Shown: positions 53,401-64,000 of the stretch, in pieces
How positions within the stretch are numbered: the stretch's first letter is position 1
Layout: the number at the start of each line of letters is the position of its first letter
Origin: Balanoglossus misakiensis
Lineage: Eukaryota > Animalia > Hemichordata
Assembly: GCA_040954595.2 (NCBI GenBank)
Contig: CM082576.2
Span: 2,516,760-2,580,759, forward strand
Reading direction: 5' to 3'
DNA length: 64,000 bases
Program-made: the position numbers and the translations under genes
Notes under the pieces: model-generated
Database searches by the model: none
The model's input: the letters and a program-made list of their open reading frames with translations, nothing else
What the model was told of the DNA's origin: nothing

Positions 53401-56291
53401 TGTCAAAATTCTACACCTAGGGATGTTGCCAAGAAAACAAAATGCTGGGATTTTGCATGTTTCCTGCAATCCCATTAATCCAAGCTGGTTAATACAGTCT
53501 GTGCAAATCCACACCTGTGCTTTACATTGCAACATACAGACGTAATAGCCAATTCACATACAGTCAAAGACATCATTACTGAAACTCAAGCCTCAACTGA
53601 ACATTCCAATATCCCTACTAGGAATACAAAAATCTTGTCATGTCATACAACATATAATCATGTATGGAAGAAAGGGTTGTGTTTAATTAAAATGTGATGT
53701 GTCTTATGATAATACGCAAATTGCATTTGTCCCGTTATTATGTGCTGGAATTTCCCAATTTAACTTATGTACCACAAACTGATTAACTGCTAAAAGTTAA
53801 TTTGGGGAAACTTCATTATCTACCAAAAGTTAATCTGGAAAACAATTGGATAGTATAGACTGCCATGGCGTTAGTGTTTGAAAATGAAACATATCATGCA
53901 AGGTGAGGTTTTTTTTTGGTTCTATTCTCCACTCCTTCATGCATGGGTTCTTAGCACTGTTGCCATGGTTACCTGACATTTAGGCTTTGCCACTTCTGTG
54001 ACAATACTTTTCTTCTGTCTGCTTGCTGCAATAGCACTATTGGTGACAGTTATTGTCATACCCTAGTTGATGTAAACCACAAAATGGGTTGAACATTTAA
54101 AACTGCGACAAAAACTTCCAACACACTGAACAAAAAAAAATTAAGAATGACAAAAGAAATGCATACTGGTACAAGTATTGCATACCGGCTAAGAAGCCTT
54201 TCAATTTCCTGTCATTGTCATAAAAAGCACATATGAAACAAATCCTATGACTTCTGTATGAGCAACTGCCATAGTGTCAAAAGAAGGCTTTTCTCATTTG
54301 ATGTTTGAGGGCAGTATTGTGATTTTACCCACTATACAGTTTTCTGACTACTGTATTTTCATATGTTGTGATAGACATTTTTATATAAAAGGAATTTCTA
54401 GCGTCACAAAACTCTCTTGAATGAAGTAAAGTCATACATACTGCCATAGGATTGTCATCATCACCGAATACGCCTCCTCCAGGCGAAGTGGGTGATTTAG
54501 GTGATTTAGGCGACATCTGGCCTCGTGACCCATGACCCCTGGAGGATTCGGTGTTCCTAGGAACCCCTCCATCTCGCCTGCCGTACCCTCCTCTTCTGTT
54601 CATCGATCCTGAATGTTCAGTCCTGCCAGAACCCACTCTCCTGGGAGTTGTGTCGTTTTGCCATCTCTGTGGTGGCACATCGGAGTCTGTTCTTTGTGGG
54701 TTGGAGCCAGGTGCTTGAGCTCCGTGTGAGTTGTATTTCGGAGGACTGTATGGATGGTAGTCCATCCTCTACAAATGAAAACAAAAATGTGGGGATGAAT
54801 ACCTCTATGGTGGCTGCGTTTTGCACTTTCCAAACTTAGCATCCTAGCAAAGTTGAGTTAGGAATACACACCCATAATAGACCAAATTTTTATTTTTGGC
54901 TGCAAAACCAGAAATGAAATCCCCATCAACAAGCTTACATGTACAAGAAAACCAACATCTCGATTCTGTGCAAAATAAGCAAAGTCTCCTGCATCTCTTT
55001 ACCTGTTTTGCACCATATCCCCTGCCTCTACTCCGACCACTTTTACCACTGTGACCTCCCCCTCGGCTTCTTTGTGGTGGGGGGCCTTTGTCTGTGGGTG
55101 ACTGAGGTGCTCCCCTCCTCGATCCCAGCAGCACATCCTCTGACCCCTCGGCACCAAAGTCAGCAGCCTGCTTTTTGTCGTCCTGTATCTCCTGAGAAAG
55201 CAAAAGCAAAAGCAATTGTCAAGAGGAAATGACAACTATCATTTGATCCAGATTTTGCCACAGTGTGGCACAGAAACTAGAGTTGTAGCCTCTTGTCCCC
55301 TTAGTGAATGAACATTGCGTTTGAAGGAATTTTCAGATTCTCCAAGCTCTTTGAACTCTTGAATCGCACTAGGTGCTTGAATGTGTAGCATCAACAGAAT
55401 CATATACGTGGTCAAGGATAACACTACCACAGAGTAGTCAAGATGAATCTCCACTCTGGAATTTTTGGATGTCCTTCTCCCAGTGGGTTGGCAAATGTGA
55501 ACCTATCTCTGTGAAATTTTACTGTGACTTGCTGTGTGACACCAAGGATAAAGTTGACATAAATGACTCGAACTGCCTGCATTGGATTACGATTTACATC
55601 AATATCATCTGCCATGCTGGAATTTTCTTGAATGGTGTAATTTTCCAACAGGAAATGAATCAATTTATGAGAAAGAAAGAAATGACCTTAGTTTTATATT
55701 GATAGTCGTTAACTTCATGTGTGGTCATATCGTACATTTTTCCTGCCCATTGCAATTTGCAGTATTAAAACCAACAAAATGACAGGAAAATTGTAACCTT
55801 CAGAATGATTCTGATACCAAGGTTTTCTGTGGTACCTGACAGATTCTCCTCATGTTGTCCAAATCAAATTTTTGGCTAACCCTGGTTCAAAATAAAATCC
55901 ACTTTATGTAAAAGAAGCCTATAGTGTTTTATTTCCAGTATTTTTTTATCACATACAGCAACTTTATAAATTCATGTGTTACGCGTGTCTCCTTTATTAT
56001 GTGACACTGGCCATTCATTTCAACCATGTGAAAACCCTACAAGAATGTGGGGTATGTTATTGTTAGTAGTAAAATGCATGCAGGACCAGACCTGGACGTG
56101 AATGATAATGCTACATGAAATTTTGAGATCCAGAAAGTTCTGGAGAGTACCGCTACCTTATGTCTCTTCATCAGTCTTTCATTTTTCTTCCTCATTTCTT
56201 CAATTTTCTTGTTCAACAGGACCTCCTTCTCTTCCTTGTTCAGGATATCAAGGAATGTGAAGTTGTCCATTTCATCCAGACCCTCTATCTT
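46150..56291 (-). CDS. CCDC9: Coiled-coil domain-containing protein 9 family (CCDC9/CCDC9B, DUF4594), 10 coding exons, about 820 aa from the ATG at 56270
   Basis: Exons 56157-56291, 55003-55191, 54442-54768, 52965-53024, 52645-52725, 52323-52469, 50160-50329, 49395-49432, 48323-48394 and 46150-47414 are all GT-AG and in phase. Motifs matching CCDC9: KEEKEVLLNKKIEEMRKKNERLMKRHKEIQDDKK, EWEEKRRHNI, FLDD..R...RNWGG and MSMTGRERKEYADWKAERERIDQERLQRHKRATGEWKREWD. Confidence 0.92.
48323..48394 (-). CDS. CCDC9: CCDC9 exon (RGG-containing)
   Basis: tttcaatacag|GA DRIGSGRFDNRGPRGGGKGKQRP G|gtgggt, 72 bp, phase 1-1. Confidence 0.78.
49395..49432 (-). CDS. CCDC9: CCDC9 micro-exon (38 bp)
   Basis: tttgtttgttccag|T EDDKQVSRSSNR G|gtaagg. 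It supplies the needed phase 2 to phase 1 bridge. Confidence 0.8.
50160..50329 (-). CDS. CCDC9: CCDC9 exon, DUF4594 core
   Basis: gatatacag|DSGPHGDMTMSMTGRERKEYADWKAERERIDQERLQRHKRATGEWKREWDREKDKK GA|gtgagt, 170 bp. Confidence 0.93.
52323..52469 (-). CDS. CCDC9: CCDC9 exon
   Basis: ttcttggcag|GGKPTKSYSFLDDNRRSEIGESRRHPRNWGGTSFDDAKMQVSRHRSEKK|gtttgt, 147 bp. This frame differs from the supplied ORF. Confidence 0.88.
52645..52725 (-). CDS. CCDC9: CCDC9 exon
   Basis: catcatcag|EWEEKRRHNIQAMEEELKASNEFDRNK|gtgtgt, 81 bp. Confidence 0.88.
52965..53024 (-). CDS. CCDC9: CCDC9 exon
   Basis: atatgcag|GKKGEPRRIVKMTKEEKDRK|gtattt, 60 bp. Confidence 0.78.
54442..54768 (-). CDS. CCDC9: CCDC9 exon
   Basis: ttcatttgtag|RMDYHPYSPPK...SPKSPKSPTSPGGGVFGDDDNPMA|gtatgt, 327 bp. 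Confidence 0.82.
55003..55191 (-). CDS. CCDC9: CCDC9 exon
   Basis: tttctcag|EIQDDKKQAADFG...RSRGRGYGAKQ|gtaaag, 189 bp, RG-rich. Confidence 0.88.
56157..56291 (-). CDS. CCDC9: CCDC9 exon, N-terminal coiled coil
   Basis: cttgcag|KIEGLDEMDNFTFLDILNKEEKEVLLNKKIEEMRKKNERLMKRHK|gtagcg. Confidence 0.9.
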
Positions 56292-56471
56292 CTGCAAGAA
56301 TGAAACATTCAAATTGCATGTGTTCAATACTTTTCCCAGGTTGATCTTCAAGAAACACTTGTGTGTAAACTAAAACTGTAATGTATACAGAAATGCACCT
56401 CTGGGAAATACTAGTAGTTATCAATGCTAATTTTGCCCACTGTGCTAACTGAACCCAATATTTACATTTTT

Positions 56472-56552
56472 AGGGTTTCGAGACCAGAGGGGTCTCGAAA
56501 CCCTCTTGAAATCGTGTTGTTTTTTATTATTATTATTATTACTATTATTATT
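56472..56552. mobile_element. Helentron/HINE-like terminus: perfect 14-bp hairpin plus (TTA)n
   Basis: agggtttcgagacc-agagg-ggtctcgaaaccct (56472-56504), preceded by a T-run and followed by (tta)n at about 56525-56552. Confidence 0.6.
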
Positions 56553-56897
56553 CCCACTCTTAAAAACAGCCGCTATTCGACATGAGGCACTGAAGTCTGC
56601 ATGCATCTTTCACTATATTTTCATCATGACATGAATTTTTTAAAGAGTTGTCAATTATTTATTATCCATTTCCCTTCGACAGAAATTATAAAATCCTACA
56701 TAATACTGAGACAAACATGGAACCAACAGATGAATCATGCTGATAGGTTTTGAAACTATACAGTAAATGTCATAAATGTGGAACCTATGGACCATACATT
56801 CAGCAACCAATTTTTTTTTTGGGGGGGGGAAGCAACTGACATTCTATATACAGTATAAAAAAAAACTTGCATGAAATAGAATTTTCTTTGCACTTAC

Positions 56898-57053
56898 CCC
56901 TGCAGAGGTCACACTGGAGAGGAAACTTCGCTCCATTTCTTTGAGAAGCTCGCTCAGCTCTTCTTCAGTTTCAGCTGTGGGGGGAAAACGTACGGTTTTC
57001 ATCATTTTGGGGGTTTGACATTGAAATCCAACAACTGCCCTATACTTGTCCAT
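56898..57053 (-). CDS. Candidate upstream or alternative N-terminal coding exon of CCDC9
   Basis: ATG at 57053, MDKYRAVVGF...TEEELSELLKEMERSFLSSVTSAG|gtaagt. The phase-0 donor is in frame with the exon starting at 56291. Confidence 0.5.
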
Positions 57054-60000
57054 TATTGGTGTCGGACTGATAGGGAGGATAATGATGGGCCAAACCTGGC
57101 ATATAACCTAAATACCAAGGGAAGTTTTTATTGGGTTTTGGGGTGTAGCAAAGTGCCCCAGATGAGAATACCATTCCAATCTTGGCTGCAGTAATACAGG
57201 TCAAGGGCTGATTTACGATGCTGACTTTCACACAATTATTGCAATCGTCAGGTGAGCTGTGTTAGCATTGCGGGTACAATATATTCCATTGTTGAATGCC
57301 ACCAATACATTTGATTATCTCTACCAGAATGCCTGGTATCGCATTTTAATTTCACTAACCATGAAAATGTTGTGTGATGAAGTGCGGCATACTGTGGTGT
57401 CTAATATTAAAACACATATTGTTACATGTACCCTTTTACATCTATTTGCATGCACGTTATATAGCTACTGTACATGTATGTAACAGACTGGCATGCTGAG
57501 AATGTCTTTAGGTCTGCATTCAATTGCATTGTTTTATAGCTGCCACTTTAGCCCATTGTTATTTTGTCTTGCTTTGTTTTGGATTGTCATTGCATATCTC
57601 TGGCCCCAACATCATATGCTTCATTGTGGCAAAGCAATATTGTTTTTGTTACTTTAGAATATAACATTCTGCATTGTGATGTGGTGTATTGTTCTACCCT
57701 GGATGAAATGATCTTGTGCTATCTTGCTCTGTGTTTGCTGTGCCATGTACTGACTTCAGAGATGACACAGTTGTTACGCCACACTGATTCTACCTATTGT
57801 GTTGCATTGTCCTATTGCCAGATTACAGAGCACAAATCCACACACGCATGTCCACAGGATGACATACTTTTTCCCCTTTCAATTGGCTTCCCTGCTTTTA
57901 CCTTCCACAATAAACCCATAATACAATCAACACATTCATTCATTGGGCCTCACTGACAACACAAATATGAAAATCTCCAGACTCAATGACCCACCATCTA
58001 GGACTTGGCACTTATATCACTGTACTGAGAGGCTCACTCTCAGTACTACATACACAATGTTGTGAGACTTACAGTTAAGTAAAGAACATTGTTGGTTACA
58101 TAATGGCTTTAAAGTTCATGTTTGATGCAGCAGGTTACACTCAACACAGTTATGCTAAAATACCAGTAACTAGGACCTTGCTATAGAGAAAAGTCCCTCA
58201 GACGTTATTGCCACTCATTAACTGCTGTTAGTATTGAAAGCTACATGCAATGTTTCATTTTACTATTATTGATTAGTCTTAAGTCTCATAAAATTAACAT
58301 GCTATAAAAAATGTAATTAGTGAGGTAATGAATGTGAGTGTTTACCATGTAAATTAAATCAGATAGTGTTGATTACAGTGTACTTCAAAAGAATATACAA
58401 CAGAGTTTCTGACAGAACACATCATCTGTAGTGTTACTTTTTCAACATTTGCAAGTCTGTCACCATGGTAAGAACTATGAATTTTCCTCTTATAATTTTA
58501 AAGAGTCAATGATCCAATGCATGTGTACTTAATGGGTACCGAGTGCTTTGATTGGAATTGGAAAAGAAGAGCAGATTCATTACAATATAACTGACCTGAC
58601 AACAATCAGGTATAGAATGAGAAGAATTTCATGGGCACCAGCACCAGTCTGTTAACTGGTGACGGACAGTACAAGGTGGCTACAGCTGTGGCACTTGACA
58701 CCCTGACATACAACTTGATCTTTGGCACAGATAATACCACCAGTATAATCAAAATGTGTGCTTTAAATTATAGTTTCACAGATCATATAAAGAGTTGGTC
58801 ATCAAAAAATGAATATACCAGAATCAACGCTCTGGTTCGCGTATTTACGTTAAACTATTTGTTGCCCACGGCAAGCAGTGCTCCAACCGGTTTCTCAAGA
58901 TGAGGGTTCCAGTTACCCTGTCTGTTTTCCCTGGTAAGACTGAGAGTGGGTATTCTTACCTTTTCTAAGTGGTACATTCATCATCGTGAAAGCAGTACAT
59001 CGAAACTTGCATGTACCGCAGTATGGGGGGAGTGTCAACAGGGTATATCAACTGTTTCCTAATGCTACTGCTACTGGACGGACGGACGGCCAGGCTGACT
59101 GACTAAGCTGACTTGACTGACGGAGATCTACCGGTACAGCAGTATACCTGTGTACATACACTTGCTGAGGGCCTGCCCACCCCTTCGAAGTTACGGAATG
59201 TTTCCCTTTGTTATGCTAATTTCATTATCTAGGCCACACTTCAACGTCAGGAATCTCCGAAAAAGAGGAAAGAACTCTTCACCTAACACAGTTTCAGAAA
59301 AAAATGCAGACATCAGGTTACAGATTTTTGTCAAAATCACATTTTTTCCAAGATTATTTTCAATACTATAATTATAATATTGAAAATAATCTTCTTAAAT
59401 ATTCTCACGATAAGTCAGTACAATTAAAGCAGAACAAGATTGATAACACATTCTTATATACAAAAATATGATTTTAAAAGATGTCAATTGACAACTTTGA
59501 CCCCTTTATGTACCAATGGATCTACCGTGAATGACTGAGCAAACAGCATACATTATGTTAATATTAGTGTATTTGTGAAGAAGTGGTACTATTATACTAC
59601 TTGAAGTGAAAATCTACGCTTATACTGTACAAACAAGCACTAATTATGTCGTCACCAACTTCATTTCTTGATAGTAAGAAATCTGGAAGACATACCAAAC
59701 ATAGGAAAAACCTTAATCCCAGATGTCCTTTTTTAGTCTAGTGGATCAACTTACCACTAGGAATCTTTTTGTAAGGTTTGGTTCTTTCATGGGCCATCAA
59801 GGAGGGAGACAGAGACAGGGAGACAAAATATCTTGCTGTAAAACGAAAGATGAAACTAAAAATAAAAGAAAAACATAAATCATATCAATAATAACACCGT
59901 TATGAAATTATACCATAAAACTGAAATTACCTACAAACTAAACTATAACTTAGAAAGAGTCAGTGAGATCAATTAGGACACTTCAACATTGCTGATGTAA

Positions 60001-62468
60001 ATGACAACTGTTGACATACTTCTTGAAAACTGAAGTGGTGGACAGCTGGAAGGGGTCAAAGCCTCAATCCACAACCTTTCAAATTATACCTATGTTTATT
60101 TCTGCTGTTCTGTTTAGTGAAACATTCTGAGTTGTCCTCGAGTTTACCTTGCTTTCAGCAGTTTTTTTATACATCCTTCTTAGTACTGTGGTAGAAAAAC
60201 ACAACTGGCAGCCATGAATGGGTTATGTACATGTATCTTAGGAAGGAGACTGATGACTGACAACAAGCCAGTATGTTTCAATTTACAGACCAAAATACAA
60301 ACAACTAATGGCATTCAATGGAAATAATTACAACACATTAATACATAGTTATTGCTCCTTTCTTGGCTACTGTTCACATAATAAGTTGAACACATTTGTG
60401 ACTTAATGGTTTAAGATTTTCAAAGCGGGCATCAGATTTCAAAATTGCAATTCCAACCCACAAGCCCAATAGACAACAAGGTCACAAGACCATTCATACA
60501 GACGATGCTATGAAAAGTATTAGACACAACAGTTATGCCGCCCAAAGTCATCCCACCAATCATACATTGATATTATTCATAAATTAAGAATTAAAAAATG
60601 CATACATTTGATTTTCATGAGAGTGATCAGAGTTATGCAATCAGACTGTCTGAGTATTACCAGCTGTTACAACTAAGTTATAATTTAAATAATTTTGTTT
60701 CCCTTCTAAATTTGACATTTGTGAAATGCCTGAAAAGACATTGACATGATTGGGATTCAAGTGCTTTGAGATGCCAAATGATGTCATCATGAATGATCTA
60801 ACTAAAGGTGTTGACATACATGTATACCCGGTACAACTTCCTGCTTTGTATAATAAACCCATTCATCAAAAGGGCATATCCTGAACAACCATGAGGCCAA
60901 ATTTGCTGAAGTTTTTGAAAAAAGTATTCGTGATGAAAACATGAAATGGTAATAATGACTGCAAAATAATTTATCACTGATTAATCCGTGACGCACTTCA
61001 AAATAAATTAAATGTCCGCCATTTTTACTGGTGAGGGACAGTTCTTAGAAACGGATCTGTCTCAACTTGTTTACAAATTATGATGCAACACAAGTTGGTA
61101 GCTGTGCTCTTGTTTAAAAAAACTCCGTAGCAACCAAAAACTTGGAAAAACTGTACAATAATACAACTTTCATTTCTTCATCAAAAGTGCATCTAATACA
61201 AATCCAGTTTACTTCCAAAGAATGTTCAACAGCTCTCTGAAAAAGACATTCTTGTCTTGCCTAAAGTGTGACTGACCCCAGGACTGACCTTGGTGAATTG
61301 GCATACCTATGGTATGTGCGCATGCAATATAACTGCTGCACATCAAAATGCTTTATAGGCTTCATATTAACTCTTGGGTCAAAAGGGGGAATGGCTCCCA
61401 TTTCAGTTCAGTGCAGTCCGTTCTATTCTGGGCCCAATGCAGTTGACTCACATATGCTGACATACTTTCAGCTACCGAATTTGCATCCGTTGGGTACATT
61501 AACCTATAAACTCAAGTCAAAACTCATACAGACATTTTATAAGATCCTCCTCAAACTGAAATGAATGGACTTCAACCAAAAACATCATATGCTGTTCATT
61601 TTAAAACTAACCCTTCACAACCAGCTTTTTGGATCTTACAAGCCAGACAAAGAATGTGAATGAGATGAATGCATCCTTAGTCATCTCATATTTTTACACT
61701 GAGAATTTCCAGGATTGATTACGGGTACATGCAATTTCACAATGGCAAAATGATATGTAATGCACACATATCATTTCACTGTTCTCTTATAATTAACAGC
61801 CATTTATTCTTTTATTTCAATGTGGTAGTGTATGCTTGTACATATATTTATATATCATCTAACTCCAAATTTGTTAATTCCCAAAATAAAGCACAAAGCA
61901 CATCTTGATTTTAATCAGGAAAATCTGCTCATTTTCTAATGTTAAAAATTATAACATTGTTGAGAAGTCACAGTTGTCATTCTTTCATACAAGATTTTTA
62001 TCCAACCGGTAGTTGCCAGACGGCAGGCAGATCACTGATCATACAAAAAATTGTTTGTACTGAGGCTACTGCGCTGCATGCACGCACCTGTCACCTTGAT
62101 ACGCATCACTAACTATAGTACATGTATTAAATTTGCGCGATGCTGCAAAATGTGCCATTCGGAAAAACGACAAGCCTGACAGGAAGAAATTATGTTCTTC
62201 TCCCTGTCTATAGTTAGAGCGCATACCAAACATGTCATCATGCATGCACCGACGTTACGATATGCAGCCGCTTCTCAGTGTCATTTCAGACTCGGAGAAG
62301 TACTACATTACACACGACGGACAGCGACCTCCTGCGCTCATCTTCCATCACTTTTTCAAGAAAAAATGAATCAAACCACGAATTTAAACATTTGCATCAT
62401 TCCATTAAGTCGCTTATATCACAATTCGACAAAATGCGTAAATGATACATTTGTTTCCGTACACCTAC

Positions 62469-62680
62469 CTGTAAATATCGAAGAGCAAAGTGTGTACTTG
62501 TTCCTTCACACCATGTTGGAAGAAAGTTGGCAAAGTTATCCACTCCAAATATCCGGTAGCAAAGAACTCTGGGAAGCTGGCCCCTTAAAAATGCCAAAAT
62601 TATCACAGTGTTTCCGGGTCGATGGTCGATCGCAGGAAAAAGATATCACTTCCCTACCGACCCGGTTTTTGCACATGAAG
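62469..62680. promoter_or_regulatory. CpG-rich candidate bidirectional promoter: CCDC9 5' UTR exon (minus) and first exon of a rightward gene (plus)
   Basis: Minus-strand donor CAG|gtaggt at 62469/62468 and plus-strand ATGAAG|gtaagc at 62675-62686. Both lie in a CpG-richer patch (~62.0-63.1 kb). Confidence 0.45.
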
Positions 62681-64000
62681 GTAAGCTGTTCCACTTCGTA
62701 ATTTTCATCATTCACACTACATTTAGTGCCTTCAATCTATATATTCTAAACCTATGACAAGAATTAATAAAACTCGAATTAGCAGCATTTGAGAGAAACA
62801 ATGTCTTGACATAAAGTGACGTTTTGAATTTGTGTAATGTTGCGCGTGATGATGATGTCAACACTGCACAGGAAACCCTGGACTAGTGAGAACAGAGCGA
62901 TGCGGCTGTAAATAATTAATCGAAAATTTAACACGATATTTGAAAATTACCGTTGAGAAGTTCTTAGACATTCGTTAATTTGATCAAATGCTCTTCCGAT
63001 ATTGTCAAAGGTGAGCTATTAAACCCTGTGAGAAAAAAAATCGTATACTGATGTGCGCCGCACACAGCTGCCATTTTAGAACGGAAGCTGCCAACCCTAT
63101 CCCATAAAGGGTTAAGGCTGTATCGGGAAAATATTTTACTGGTACTGGTATATGTAACAACAACAGCAATAATAATATGTGTAATAATAAACACTGATTC
63201 ATCATTTATTATCATACGATTCTCCAGTATGATTCACACCAATAAAGTGCCCTCACACAAGTGGAAAATAAAGATGTATACTGGATTGATTTTGTCAGTT
63301 TGTTTCCAGATTTACCTTGTTGTAAACATAATACATGTAATGCTAGTTGTAATCTGTACTGTATCTGTCAAATACTATTTTCACAACAACAGTATTATAA
63401 CTGAATCAACAGGGAAACTCTAGTAGAATGATTGGGGAACCTTGGTAACATTTACCTGGGTACCAAAACCACTACACTGATTTTCAATACTACTCAAGGT
63501 ATAAAGTGTGACTACCATTCTTGTGCATTTGACAGGTTTCACAGTTTGCTTGTAACTAATTTGCGGTCACATGATCTCTTTTGATACTCATTCAGTTATA
63601 TGCAGATCACATTGTGTGACAATTATTTCAGTTCTTTTGTACCATCATCCATTCCAGTGAAAGCCATTCCTTTCTCATCTGTGTACCCTGGAAACCAACA
63701 GGCGTTGAGGGCAGTGTCTTATTGTGGAGGCATCTGTGTTAGAAAGGTCACAGCAGTTTGCGTGGCGGTGACTGTGTCATCATAAATTGTTACTGTGGAT
63801 TCATCATTTCATGTCATTTATTGTCTGTTGAACATGCTGTATGTAAGGCTATTTTGAGTTTGTTATTCCACAATAAAGAATTGATTTCGTATTAAAATGG
63901 ATGTTTAATTTTGAGAACAGAGTTGGACTTTGTATCTTGAGTCAGTAGGCAGTGTGTCCCAGTTTTGTATCACCCACCATTAGCCTTGTTATTCATTGAC

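Noticed and set aside
62192-62701. 169-aa plus-strand ORF
   Set aside because: It spans a promoter-like region and has no protein-like motifs. Only its terminal splice donor was kept as a lead.

Overview
Eukaryotic, intron-rich, AT-rich animal genomic DNA. Gene content and repeat style suggest a marine invertebrate deuterostome such as a hemichordate (inference only). Four protein-coding genes can be assembled by hand from GT-AG exons with matching phases. (1) The 3' part of a minus-strand single-pass membrane protein with two LDL-receptor class A (LDLa)-like exons and a juxtamembrane Cys cluster (457-2482; 5' end uncertain). (2) A complete 5-exon steroid 5-alpha-reductase, SRD5A1/2-type (minus, 21901-30730, about 276 aa). 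(3) A small InaF-motif membrane protein, INAFM (plus, 32730-38985), head-to-head with SRD5A. (4) A CCDC9-family (DUF4594) gene (minus, 46150 to at least 56291), convergent with INAFM. Non-coding structure includes a young 426-bp MITE with perfect 130-bp TIRs and a 9-bp TSD, a 610-bp TTAA-flanked Kolobok-type MITE, a 4 x 173-bp tandem array built on an older subunit, Helentron-like hairpin ends and microsatellites. The best leads are the INAFM-CCDC9 pairing, which mirrors both human paralog pairs, a strong excess of the palindrome TACATGTA in CpG-poor gene bodies, a visible mosaic-methylation footprint, and the unassigned LDLa receptor. No tRNA, rRNA or CRISPR array was found. Most short ORFs in the supplied track are spurious. 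I found no feature I can defend as a wholly new biological system.
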